From Trichinella spiralis (taxonomy: Eukaryota): DNA of 64,000 bases. The translations under genes were made by a program, and so were the position numbers. Of the stretch, positions 16,386 through 30,800 are shown piece after piece. Under the pieces are notes generated by a model. It saw only the letters and a list, made by a program, of their open reading frames with translations. It did not search any database and had not been told where the DNA came from. How positions within the stretch are numbered: the stretch's first letter is position 1; every line of letters starts with the position of its first letter. Location: positions 932,487 through 996,486 of the forward strand of contig NW_003526943.1 in the NCBI RefSeq assembly GCF_000181795.1. Reading direction: 5' to 3'.

Positions 16386-19300
16386 TTTTTAAGTGTGCTT
16401 TAAAGCGAACAACTTTTTGGTTTTTAGACAGTTTTCAACTTGAACATCATCTTCAAATAGTGTTTAGTTAAAAAAATTCCAGAAATGAACTTTTTCATTC
16501 AAATTAAACCATTTCAGAAGAAAAGATTTTCTAAAATTATTTTCATTCAGCATTTGACATTTAACGATAGCACCATTAATATCTAAAAGTTAATTCTAAA
16601 TATAATTTATATGTCTTCACTTTTAATTATTGATAAAAAATGAAAATTTGAAATATCAGTCATTTAATTATTCTGCATGGCAAAGAATTTTAATTATAAT
16701 TACAATGCAATTAATTTTTATTTTTTTCATTGCAAAAGTGTTGCAAATGGAAATAAATGTGAAATGAATAAGAAATTAAGTAATTTGTGAATTTTAAAAT
16801 TACAACAGTTGTATTATTTTACTTAATTATTAATATATCTTGCGTTCCTTAAAAATGAAATAACAAAAAAAAATAAATACAGTTCCAAACTGATTACCTT
16901 TTCATTTGTATTTGCTGCAAAAATCCCGCATCATCATCATCATTTGTTGCTGCTTCTGTGATTTGAAAGTGAAACATGCTGAATAATCACCTTGACCTCT
17001 TTGTTACCAAAAGCCAGACTGGTTGCTTGCATAGGCTAACCAATAAAACGCTTGAAAATATTCATCATAAATAAGAAACCGAACTTTCACAGACCTGTTT
17101 GTCTGCAAACATGTTCGTGTAATAAAGGTCATCACCACCATCATCCAGAACACTTTGACAAATATCCGCTGATGGGTGGATTCAAATTTCAAAAAAAAAT
17201 GCTAGCATACGCATTGCTAACAATTTTTTCATAAGCAACATGCACAATTTCTCATTAATTAAAAGTATAATTATCTTCTTTCATTCATTAAGATGCAAAA
17301 ATGTAACAATGCATCAATTTCTTCAATAGTTCTACTCATTTTATTGAAATGCATCATTAAAATTCAATAATTATGAAATAAAAACTGAAAATTATTATTT
17401 CAACACTTCATGATAATAGACATTTAAAAAATATTAAAATGAATTTTGCAAAAATTGTAAATCATAAATTGAGCAGATTACCATCATAACCAAATCAATT
17501 ACTAATTATTTATCGTTGTGTTGTAAAAAAATTAAACAAACATGTGAAATTTATGAATAGTAATGTCAAATAAAAAAGTATTTCTTTTTACGAAGAAAAC
17601 ATTTCAACAGTAAAGTTTGCTAAAGGCTGAAATATTATATTTTCATAAAGCTATAAGCATATTAGCATAAAGTCTAATTTCACATACATTTATTTGTAGT
17701 ATTGAAGAGTGAATTGTTGAAATCTTGTCGAAAATTTGTTGCCTGTTTTACTGTTTTGTTGTTATTTTACAAGCTAAATGCCTTCTGTTTTACCAGTAAA
17801 GGTAGGATTGTATGTGATTTCTTTTTTATGATGTTCAACATATAAAGAAATGCTCATTTTACATATGTAATATATTTCTAAATAATTTTCTAGTACAATT
17901 TTCCTTATAAATTTCAGCTGAATTATAAAAATTAATTTATATTAATTAGCCCATATTATTTTTTATTTATAGAATTGAAACATTAGGTAATGTTCCAATT
18001 TACAACGCTGAACGTTCAATGCAATGCAGAAAATAAATGTAGTTGCCCTATATTAATGAAATGTGAATTTTTTAAATACTCTCATTGTTTAATCAAAATC
18101 ATTCTGAAAATGAATTAACTGTTAAATGTTCATTGTCGTGGTCATGAAATACATTAAACCCGTATAAAATATGCATCATAAATCAATATTTTATTGATTA
18201 AATTATTGTAAATGTGCATGATTACTTCAAAAATTGTATTCATTTATTATTAATAGGACAATATGCGTGTAAAAGGCTCAAAATACACAATTTTATAGCC
18301 ATAGACATATGTTAAGCATATGTGGAAAAATTAGAATTGTAGCATTACAAAAGCAATCTGTATTATATTCTTTAAATTGCGGGTAAGTAGCGAAGAATTT
18401 TTATGCAAAGCCTTCTGCTAAAGTATTGTCGACCCAGAGTACTGTATCACTTGAATATAAATGTTTAACCGCACGTTTACATCTGAGCATTTACTGTATC
18501 AAATAATGATGACATTTTAACATTTTAACATATTGAAAATGCAGCTGCTTTTGTTTTTAATTTTTTAATCTCTCATTTTTAAACACAAGCAAAACATAAA
18601 ACGTATAATAATAAAGCAGCAAACTGTTCGACTTTTATGTTCATCATCACATCTTCACTTCCAAATGCAATTGAAAAGAAATTATTGAAATTCTGTACAT
18701 ATAAAAAAATGTTTATGAAAAGGCACATCTTTATTATACAATTTAACATGTGAATTGTAATGTGAAACTTAATTTTTTGCGTATGTAAATGTTCAAATAA
18801 ATTTTTAACTAAAATATTTAAGTAATGATGAATTAAAATTGTTTATAGAACTTTTCAAACAAAAATATGAAAATTTAAATCAAAAAAAATCATAAGTAAA
18901 CAGTCGTATGCTGTGCATAATATAATGATTGTTTGTATATTGGAATGAGAGCAAAAATGAGAGTCATTGATAATAACTGAAAAGACAAATTAATGGAGGG
19001 AGAGAGTTGAATTCGGTTGGGATGCAAAAACAATATTTTGTTTTTCATTTTATGTAAATATATTATTAAATAGCTTTTGATTTGAAAGCTGCTTTGTCAT
19101 CTCATGACAGAAATATGAATATTTTATGAGTTTTATTTTATAAATAAAGAATAAAAAAATATTTACAGTTTAAGAAAAAAACATTTACGAAAATGTTTAT
19201 TATCAGTTTTTCCTCGATTTATTAAACAATGAATTAAGCATTTGATTTTTGAAGAGACATATTTGAAAATTGATCATCGTAGGATGGTTTTCAATGATCA

Positions 19301-22300
19301 ATTTAATCGTTTCGGCCTCTTCTTTTGGCATAGCTTCAGTGGAAAGTTTGCTGAGCTAGCTGAGCTTTTTAATGTATAGTCGATCGGCTTGGATTAAAAT
19401 GGCTTGGTTGACTTGGAATGAATGAACGACAGAGTACGTTTGCAATTGCGAAAAAAGCGATCAATACCTAAATGCCAGCTTGCAGGCGTCCACTTGGAGC
19501 CTATTACTTTCTCCCGCCAAGTCATTATTGTCAATACTGACGATTAAGCAAGGAGCCTTTATTTGTTCATCACTGTTCACTGGTCACTCATCTGGCCTGG
19601 CTTTTAAACATATTTCTTACAGTAAAATATTCCACTGTCTGCTATTTGGGTAAGAAAATCAATTAACAGTCTTGATAATGGTAAGTGGGCAAACTTTAAT
19701 ATTCGATTTTTACGTGATTGCAATTTTACCTACGCTTTGAAATATCACTCTTTTTGGAGAATTTTCTTTCAAACTATAAATTCTGTGAGCTGCATAAATT
19801 TATAATTTTATTCCATTTGAAAAATTCTGTTATTTTTACAATAGCGATAAGACGTTTGAATTAAACATAGAATCATGCTTTTATATATTAAAATCAAATA
19901 TTTATGTACTATTGATTGATAGAAGCTAATCAACATCATCGTACCTCACTTCGAAATTCAAAACTGAACTTTGGTAGCAAAAGCATTCATTTCATTTAAT
20001 GATTTGCAATTTTAGCTGTGAAACCACGTTCGAAAACTTTTCAATCAATTAAATTCCTATTGCTAAGATTCCCATTTAAGATGCACAAATTTTTAAAAAT
20101 TATTCGAATAATTATCAATTTTGTGTTTGTTATTGTAATTTCCATAGCAAAATGTTAAATAGTGGTATAAAATTTTGATGAATTTTACAAAAATTTAATT
20201 ACAATTTATTTTGCTGCTAACATGGACATTTGTTGATCAGATGATTATATTGACCATTGTGAAAGTCATATCATTTTTATTTCACATAAAAATATCAGTA
20301 CTCTTTGAAGATTGATAATATTGCATTTCAAAACACTAGAAAGAAATATGTTTCACTTGATAATTCACAATCTTTTATTCAAAACGGGAAATACATTATT
20401 GAAAAATAATTTACAGTTAGCTAAAAGATAATTACAATGGTCTTCCATGAAAGTTGTTGAAGGACTACTTCTGGTGACACCACCATTCCTGAGGGATTTA
20501 ACTTATTTGTGTTGGCCAATTTTGAATTTAGAAATCAATATGTAAAAGTTGACAAGAATTTGACAAGCTGATTTCTATAAAGTGATTTTCAAGTTAGCGT
20601 TTCATCATGCGCATTATTTGTTGAATACTGTTTTTATTTTTAGAGCAGTTATACACAAATCAAACGTTGAATTTTGAAATCATATAATTTATTGTTTCAA
20701 AATGGAATTCATAATTTATTCATATTTTCAGTTTTCTTTCAATCAATCCAATTTCAGAACTATTTGACTTTCCATTTACAGCATATCACTTTAAAATGTT
20801 GCTTTCTTAGCGAATGATAAATTAAAATTTTCATTTATATCAGTAAACTTTTTAATCACTTGAATGATATATTTAGTAACGATAAATTTTTTTGGATAAG
20901 CGCTAATTGTAATGAACCTCCTGAACGTTGATTAATGTTGATGCTTTTGTGACCATTATTGCATTAGTATGCATTATGATGATATACTTTTTATTAAAAA
21001 TTATCTTAGTTTTCTGCAGTGGTAATGCAATGGTTTTGTAATGTAATGAAATTGAATGAGCGTTAACAGTGATATAAAGAAAAAAGCTAATTTTGTCGTC
21101 AATCTTTGTTGATTTGTCATAATGGTCAACAATAAACAACAATGGATTAGGGTTGTGCATTTAAAATTGAAAACTTCTCTTACACGGTCAAATTCATTAT
21201 ATCAATTTCAATAATGCACGTTTGCACTTTTGCAAGACTAACAATAGCTAATAGATCTTAATGAGATCAATATAACGCGAATCAGTACTGCAATTCATGT
21301 TATGATAGCCATTTTCAAAGTAAATTTCAAATTACAAGATGCCATTTTGTCAATTTGTATGGCTTACTTTGATTTGCACTTAATCATTGCATATTTTCAG
21401 CTTCTACACGACAAAATTGCTTAATAAATAAAAATTACTTTTTAAAAATGTTTTTACACAAAGACACTGTACAAAAACCGAAAATGAACCTTCTTTATTA
21501 CTAAATGCTGCGCTTGTATTTACAAATGTAGTGAATCAAAAATTATTTAAGCGGTAGCTTTCATGCGATCTATAGTGTTGTTTGATAATTTCAGACTGTA
21601 CATTTTTCAATATTATTAATTTTAATTATGAAAACTTGCAAATAAATAAAATTATTTTATAAAATTGTTTGGTTTGTTTCGAAATCCAAGAAATGAATTT
21701 CCAATTATAAGAAAAAAAATCTGCTATGGCATTTGTTTTCTCTTAAGTAGCATATTTATTAAAACGAAGCTTTAAACTACAACCTGCTTGATATTACCAT
21801 TTTCATTTCGACTGAATTTGATTTTAATGGCTAATTGATCTCAACGTGCAGTTTAACTGTAATTCTGAAAAATTTTCAATTTCGAATTAAGCAATTCTTT
21901 TTTTATAATAAAAAATAAGAAAATTATTTATTGATCAAATAAATGTTTGCTTTGTTGAATGAAATGCATAGTAAATTGCACTTTTGCAATTAATTTTTTT
22001 GCAGTATTTTTTGAGACTATTTTTCAATTGTTCTATTTCACTGACTGTTTTTTCTTCATTCAAGGCAAACAATAATGCTGCCATTTCTATTTCAAGCGTG
22101 AAATAAGCAGCACATTTTTGTTTGAATAAGCTTTACTTTTTTATTTAATAAAAATTTGATTTTTATTTTTTTTAATTTTGCATTATTTAAATTCTACCTC
22201 AGAAATGTCTCAGTTTTTGTTTTTCATTGTATTCAACATGTTAAAAACATGAATTACGCTTGAAAACTGTTCAAATGAATGCAAATATTGAATTGTAAAA

Positions 22301-24843
22301 AAATTAATTCTCATGTATAAAATGTGTATATTTATGAAAGCTTTTTTCAAGGATTCAATTTAAATTGATACCAGACATGTTAGGCAAATATTTGTTTTGT
22401 TCAATTTGAAATTGTCGCCACTCCACCAATTTGTACTTTGCTCACAATGGCACCATCTTTACTCTTTGTGTTGACATTTGTTTGCTTTCAAGCAACTTTA
22501 TCGATTGATAACTTCTGATTGACCACCGCATTTATATGCATAATTGCTGTGCGTTTCGTTTGCCAATAAATTATAATTAATATTACGTAAGTTCAGTTTT
22601 TAGTTTCATGATTTATGGTGTTTTGAGTGGTAAACGATGAATATGTCAAATTATTTCAATAATCACAATCCATCACTGTTTTCAACTCATTGATGTGTTC
22701 AGCGTACAGAGTTGGTGCAAAATCACCGACCAGATATTGCAAATGTTGTGCAAATCAGTATAACATTTTGAGGAACAAAAACTCTTTCTCTGGCTTGTCG
22801 GTCTTGCTCAAATGCTGTTTACAGCTTTATTATTTCAATATATGAATGACGTATTAAGGCCTGTCAGCACATAGTTGATGAATTTATTAGCTGATGATCT
22901 TTGTGTATAAGATTCATTGAAACTTGTGCCGCAATTGCCTGTTCAGCTCAAAAGTGTCACAAGCTGAACGCATGTGTGCTTCTTTCGTCAACTACCAACA
23001 CAGCATGTTGAATTTGATGAATTTATATATTTCCTATTTTATTCATTGCTATTGTCTTTTCAGTAGATGTTGCAGAATTGCATGAAACTTTGAAGAAAAT
23101 TTATCGCTTTTACCTTAAGCAAAAGTAGCAGCAACAACAACAACAACAACAACTCTGTTATTTGTATGCTAACATTCTGTTACGTAATTGTGTTTGATTT
23201 TTATACTTCGTGAACGAATATTTATTTTGAATATTTTAATTTTCAATGCTCTCGAAAAGCTGCAAAACTCTTTTTTCTGTGCAATTGAAAGATTAAACAA
23301 TTTGAGCACGCAACAAATTTACAACCTTCGTGTTCAATTTTGTTTACAACTCCGCAAATGTGCTTAAAATCATAAGGTTAGATTTTTATCTTATCGCAAC
23401 TTTCAATTTTGTAATCGTGCTTGCTTGCTTGCTTGTTTTGAATGGTGAAGCTTTTTTTAATTTCTCGTTTATTTAAATGGAATTCTATTTTTGAATATTA
23501 CATAAACAGTGAACGATTTTGATTTATTCATTAATTGGCATCGATTTATTCGAAAATACATAATGCTGTACTGGTGGGGAGGGGTATATAAATATATTCT
23601 ATTTTGATTTTTCAACTGTTTCTGTGTATTATATTGAAAAGGATACTTTTGCTTACACAGTAACACAATAGTACAGTTAGAAAATAATCAAAATTAAAAA
23701 AAACAATTCATGGTGTATTAGTTGCTTTAGATTTTTGCAAACTTCACTTATATGTATTGGTGTTTTGATATTCATTACAATTATTTTCATAATATTTAAT
23801 ATGTTTTCTTTAATAATTAAGAAAAATGTCAGTTATTACAAGTTTGCACATCACTTGTAATTAAACATTTAACTTTAAATTGTTCTGCATTTTTTTTCTT
23901 TTTTTAATGTCCTACACGTAAAGCAATGTAATTTGTTATTGTTGAACATCATAATGAGCAGTCTAATTTATGATCTATCAAATGTACATGATTTGTTTCA
24001 GTTGAAATTCTACTCACAAACCAAATTTAGCGTAAATTAACTCACTAAAGAAATTTTTTAAACTTCACATTAAATTTCATCAGACAATTAAACCATTTGA
24101 TTAATTGATTTTTAATATAAACTTTTCAGCTATACTTTCAAAAGCAGCCTATTATTCAATGCAGCAAAGTAATAATGTCAATTTTTATAGGGTCTTTTAT
24201 ATTTAGAACGTTCTTTTTTCAACAGTTTTTGGCTATTCTGTTGGCGATGAATTTGAAGAAGGTAGTTCTATGCAAGCATGTAAGCTTCGCGAACGTTTCC
24301 ATATCGATCAAAATGAGCATTTGCAATTGCAGTAAATTTCAATTCGTAAAATGCTCATGTCGAATATTATTTTTCCAAAAATAAATTATAATCAATTTAT
24401 AAATTTATCGAAGCGGAACATGAAGCTGGTATTACGCACTGATTGTTGACGTGTTGAAAGCTTTTTCATATTTTCCATCTAGCTGACTGCACGGAATTTT
24501 TACGCATGCATATTTATTGTATGTGAATAGAATAGTACTGGCGCGCCCTTGGGAATGTATATTTTAGGTCATAGGTTTTTCTATGGTAAATAGCTTAAAA
24601 ATAATTCACCTGACCGGGAAACTATTTTTAATATAGAAGTAGTCTCGCTTGCCTTTTTGGCTTGGTTAATAGCTTCCGTTGAAGGTGGTGGGTGTGCTTG
24701 ACCTCAGTCCCAGGAACGGTATTTTATTATCTGTTCAGTTCAACGACAGAAGGTCAACGTCATGGATATAAATTTTCATTCACTTTGACGGACAGTTTGT
24801 GGTAAAAATTCTTTCAGTTTATTAATGCGCCGGTATTTTTCAG

Positions 24844-27800
24844 GATGGAAAAGGTGGTGGCTTTCAGTCGCACCTTCGACGGCCGTCCCAATTCAGACGT
24901 AACAAACCTGCTGACATCATCCCAACTGCAGTTGCAAGCAAATTGCCAACACTAGATGGCATCAGCGTGCCACGAGCTGCTCCAAACCAATCAACATTGA
25001 TCCCAGTGGAACAGCTTTTGTCCAGCACTTTTGAAAAGCATATCGGAAATCGTGTACGTGTGGCAGGTGAAAAAGCCGGCTGGTTGCGCTATATTGGCAC
25101 TGTTCAGGGTAGAGAAGGGTTCTACTGTGGAATAGAATTGGACGAGCCTATCGGTAGTCACGACGGTGCTCTGAACGGGATTCGCTATTTTCAGACCAAT
25201 CCCAACCGTGCCATCTTTGCACCGTTGGATCGTGTGGAAGTGATCGTGGACCATAAGCCGTCGTTCAAGCCCGTAGACTGTTGGATGAACGACGTGGAAC
25301 CATTGTTAATCAGTAGCTGTTGTTCAGAGGATCCAAATTCAGACCTGATGGTTCAGTCTGACATATCGTTGGCCGGAAGCCCACCTGCCAACAGTAGTTT
25401 ACTTTCAGCTGATTTGACAACGCCTTATCAAGCCACATCTGAAGCTGACCTATTTTCGGCTGTTGACGTGCAAAAATCACCATCAACATCAGTGGACAAC
25501 AACGGCAGCTCTAGCAAAGAGTGGAGCAAAGAAACAGCAGCAGTTGTTAGCGTTTGTCCTGCTGTCGACGATTTGAATGTGACGATTACAGTCGACGTCG
25601 CGGATCAGCAATTGAATCAGCATACTGTTTGTTTTCAGTCAGCTGAAAATTCAAAGCCACCTTCATACTGTAACAGTGACGACATTCAGTCTGAGCTAAT
25701 CAAATCAGATGACGATGATCAGCAACAGCTATCTACATTCGACAATAAAATGGTGAACATACTGACATCTTGCGACAATACCACCTCTTCTCAGTCCACC
25801 TCGTCGGCTACTACAACACTGTCCACTGACGAGGCTGTTGTACGCAAGGAATTGTTGGTGCCGAGTGAAAATAAGAAAATCAAGTACGAACCTAACAAAA
25901 TGACAATAAAATCATCGGATAGCGCGAAACGAATTTCCATGGCGAAAGTGACGCCAAATAGAACCCAAGTTCGAACTATTCAACGCGTGCCATCGAAACC
26001 ATCTAAGCACGCCGAAATTATGGCTAAATTGAAAGAAAGCATTAAGCAGGACAAAGAAAAAGGGAAAAAAGAAATAAAAAGTCGCATTGCACAAAGCATC
26101 CAGGTGAAGCCGACTGCTAAAATCACTGCAGCTTCACAAAACAATAGTAAGCAATAGAATCTTTCCTGTCCAAATATGATTTTAATTTATTTTCTCAATT
26201 CACATTTGCAAAAAATGAAATTTTCAAAACGTATTTTATTATTACGTAACACTTTCTATATTATGTCGAGAATGCTCAGATAAGCGTTCTTATTCAAGTT
26301 ATATATATATACGTATATAACATCTATATATATATATATTTATTTATCAACGGGAAAGATGTTTTCTTAAAATGAAAATGCGCAGTTCAAAAAACCTATA
26401 CAATTTATACCTTTGCATTACAATGCTTGTATAGGATTTCTTCTTTATGCGTTACGTTGATCAACCCCTTTAGGCTATTGAAGCTAGTTCTGTTGGAAAA
26501 GTGTTGTTTCGCAAGTTGTTTGCAACCGCTTTTAATGCTGATTATTAGAAACAAACAAGTTTTAAAAATTGACATATACTTGCAAACTTGTTTAGTATAT
26601 AAATACACAAACTTTACACTATAAGAGAATTGCTCGTAACAAAAAATGTTATTTAACAAATGCAAATATGGACAGCAATAAAAATGCATTAATAAACAAG
26701 TAAATTGAGAATTTTAGCAATAGGCTGGGGTAATTGTTTTGAAAAGAAACCGTTCTGGGGGCTTGGATAGTAGCAATAAATTAATTCACTGCAGCAGATT
26801 TTTGATGCGAAAAATTGCATGCAACATTTTTCAAGATAAACAGCTTTTCAAATGCTAAATTCAATAATATATTTAGAACCTTGTTATCATCTGTCTATTA
26901 AAATAGTGTTGCTGTTATGTGATTTTCAAATATTGAGCTTTTATTACCAGTAAATGTTTACAGTATCAATTCGAAGATGGAGAGCTTTTTTGTTTATATA
27001 AACATTACACGCACCTTGATACTTTGTTAACATTTTTTATTTTAAAATTTCAATTTTTTTTGTTAATGATTGTCAGTCACAAATGTAATCTAGTTAGTAG
27101 TGATAAAAAAGGTTAATATTAGTTTAGCCTTTCTTTAAATAATAGATAAAGTATAAATTGCGGCGATAAATCTTATCGAATGTTAGCTGACAACTTTACT
27201 TTTGCAATCAAATTAGTATTAAAGATTTTTTAATGATTACGTTCTTCTTTCACTAATATGATACATGCAAGTTGTTTTTTTCACATTTAATTTTTATAAT
27301 TTAATTTTACAATGAAATATGTTTTTTAAATATTATTATAGTTTTTTCCATTTAATGTATGCTTCCAGGGAAACTTTAAAACTGTGCTTTTATTACAATG
27401 AATTTTAATATTTCATACGTTTTTAATATTTTGCATGTGCTAAAGGGAAAATTTTTATTTGTGCTAGGAGCTGAACAGTTTCCTTCGTCAAAGCAGTCAA
27501 GTCAAGAAAGTTCTTCTTCAAACGAAGCTTGTCATAGTGAAAACCCCACGAAAGGTAATTGAAAAATGAAATTATACAATCAATTATTAACATATTTTAT
27601 GTTCAAAATTTAATTTGATATTTATTTATATTTTTTTGATTTTTATTGGTAATTTCAGTCTTTAATAGATGAGCAATATTTTAAAGTGAAGCAATTTTCC
27701 TTGTAAAATTATTACTTTGCTATTGCAAAATTTTTACCCAAAAGAAAGTCATTCAGTGTATGGAAACTGCTTTTCAGCTTCAGGTGTGACAGTCAGAAAT

Positions 27801-30800
27801 AGATCTGCCAATGATATCAACAAGCACATCCCATCTACTAAACGATCCGACATGGTTCCAAAACTACGGGCACAAAGTGAGCTTTTTCTTTTTTTATTTC
27901 AAATCAAAGTTCAATAAAAATAATGAAATATGATCATTTATTACTGGTAATTATTATCATTGTGTTTTTCTTTTAGTCTAGTGCACTGTTGGATGTTTAA
28001 TTGTAAATTATTGTATAGGGCAGTTTAATTAATTAATTTAATTGGACACTTTAAAAAGGGGAACGGTGATAATGATGAATGTACAGAAGTTTGCAATTAT
28101 TTCAGTCATGCTTTTTTTTATTTACATTAAAAAGCAATTTCATTTTTAATTATATCATAACAGGGCGATGAACAAAAATAAACTTTTTAATATTGATTAA
28201 TTACTCGTTGCTGATGTTCATGCTGAGATTGCCTGTTGATTTTAAATTCAGGTTATTGAGACATTTTACTTTTTCAAAAATTGTAGAGATTTTTATTAGG
28301 ATCTCATGCGTGTTGTATTGGAAAAAAATTTTTTTCATCACTTAATAAAATGTATTATTTAAAAAAATTAAAATACGATAAAATGTCGTCAGTTATTCTC
28401 ATTAATAGAAATGATTTGCTTGCCATGATGACAAATATATTACATTGATACGGATATTTATATTTTTTGATTTATGTTGATGTCAAGTTTAACATTATAT
28501 TTAGAATATGAATGTAAATGTTAAAAACTTTGACAATGCATTTATTTTTTGTTTTTAATATAAGGAAATTTTCAATATTTTTTACGTTCATCCTCATCAT
28601 GTTTTTATGTTCATCCCTTTATGCGAATTATTTTGTAATGATAATAGAATCTCTCATGGTAGTGAGCTAATATGCATGTGCAGTGTTTTGATAGCAGTTA
28701 TAAGCATTCTGACTGTAAATTATTGCACATATTTTATTAATATTTGAAATGTTTCATTTACAGCATTCAGTGCTTATTTTTGACGCTTATGTTTCAATAA
28801 TATTATTATAGTATAAATTATTTTTATGAATATGAAAGCGAAAATGCAACTCTTTAACTTGTAATCAACATGGTCTGGGGAGGTTTTTTGTCGTTTCTAC
28901 GAATTATCATCCACCATGTTATTGCATTGTCCACAATGATTTTAATATTGAAAGCAAGTGTTGATTATTTAAGCAAAATTTTAATGGAATTTATTATTTA
29001 TAATAAATTATTTGTTTGTTATGATTAGTTGACATTTGCAATTTGCCATTTTTCTATGCACATACACACACACATTCGGATGTACAAAATGTTTACTAGT
29101 GGTGCAAGGCGTGATCGTGATCTTTTACTGCATTTTTCTAAGACAACTGGCAGATGAGAAGATTTCTTTTTGCAAAAGCTTTCACTAGTTTTCAACTTGC
29201 GCAAATTTATGATATTTATCAATATTCATATGACACTTGCACATGTTCATTATTGCAATGTTTGCTGTTTTGCTGCTCGTTGCTGGCAAACAGCTGCACT
29301 GGCCATTCATTTAGATTTTGAAAATGTTCACTTCTTTCAAACATCCTGTGTCTTGTGCATAACTTTTCAACTGCAAGTTTAATCCTTAAAATAAAAAAAA
29401 ACAAAATAGTATTATCATTCACTTTCTCAGCATTAATTATACTTCAACTTTTGTAAATTATACTTTTTAAATTATCATGATATTTTGACATTATTGACAA
29501 CTTTATGGTTGTGATTTTCAACCACGATCCTTCACCGCCGAAGGTCGTTCTTGTCCCCTGCTTGCATAGTTTACTGGTTTTTATTGCCAGCAAAAAGGGT
29601 TTTGGATTTATTTCAGGCCGTTTTGATGACGCGTTTGTAGAAGCGACCAGTTTTTATCGTTATAACCCAAACAGCGCAGTTTCGTGCTTTCACTGTGGTG
29701 CTCTCTGCTGGTGCCGCATGCGTGAATATACTAGTAACAGTAATAATAAGAATATTAGTGACTATTTAGCCGATGAGGCTTTATTGATTGATTTGCATCA
29801 AATCCTTGCTCTGCATTTTTTTTCCTCCACTTCTTCCCCTCATGTATTCCTCATATTTCAAGTCTAGTTCATTATCATCTTCTTCTGCATCATTGTCATC
29901 CTCGTCACCATCCTCGTCGAAATACAATTCTTTAATTTTAACAAGGACTCGATCTTCTGTTGGCAAATCGGTTCAAACTGTAACCAAATTGCCCACATTC
30001 ACTAGTTCAGTTGTTTTACGAGATTCTGCATATTCTTCAAATATGACAAATGATCGAATTGGATACACTCCAACAAGGTCTTCTTCGTACACGTTGCGTA
30101 AGTGTTTCGTTGCAGCAATAAAATGATAATATAATTCCAGTAATAAAAAAATGAACATCAATAAAAATCTTTGAAATATGCTTATTTTATTTTATTTTAT
30201 TTTTCAAATTTTCATTTAAGATCCAGTGAGCAGCAGGTTTGTTCAATCTTTTCAACCTGCGGTCAGTTCGAAAAAAGAGCCTGCTTCTGCAGCAGTGGTG
30301 AAACGTTCCGGCAACGGTCCGCTTGCTACTGGTAATAAGCGAGGTGTTGCAAAGGCTCCTCCAGTGTTGGAAAAGAGAAATTCCACCTCCATCAAGCGCA
30401 TGGTAGATGAGCACAAGTACCAAGAAATCGTCAAAGGCTTTCTCGCTTTATCAGTCACGTTTAACCACTATCAAGATCACGTATGCTGATTGACAATCTG
30501 GACTGTGGGATTCCGGATATTTTGACACTTCTGTTATTATTTCAGCTTATTCCAGTTTTGCATCAACGAAATGCCAACGTTAAAAATGAATTAGACAAAT
30601 TAAAAGCCGCTTTCGGTAATGATAGCTTTTTATCTATTTACCTTTTTCTTTTTGTTGATTCTTGTAATTTTTTGTCGATGAGAAATTGCATCTGTTTATC
30701 TATCGGTTGTTCTATTTTCTTGAACAATTAAATCACATTTTACTTAATGCTGTAGGGTAGCAAAGTTAACATCTGGACAACTAACTACTGAACGTACAAA

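Noticed and set aside
16900..24400. Scattered 60-85 aa ORFs and an 8-bp hairpin near 22941-22969
   Set aside because: No motifs and no consistent exon chain; compatible with chance in intergenic or intronic DNA.
29781..29966. Acidic ORF (DEDGDEDDNDAEEDD) on - strand
   Set aside because: Reverse complement of a Ser-rich (TCN) exon of the + strand gene.
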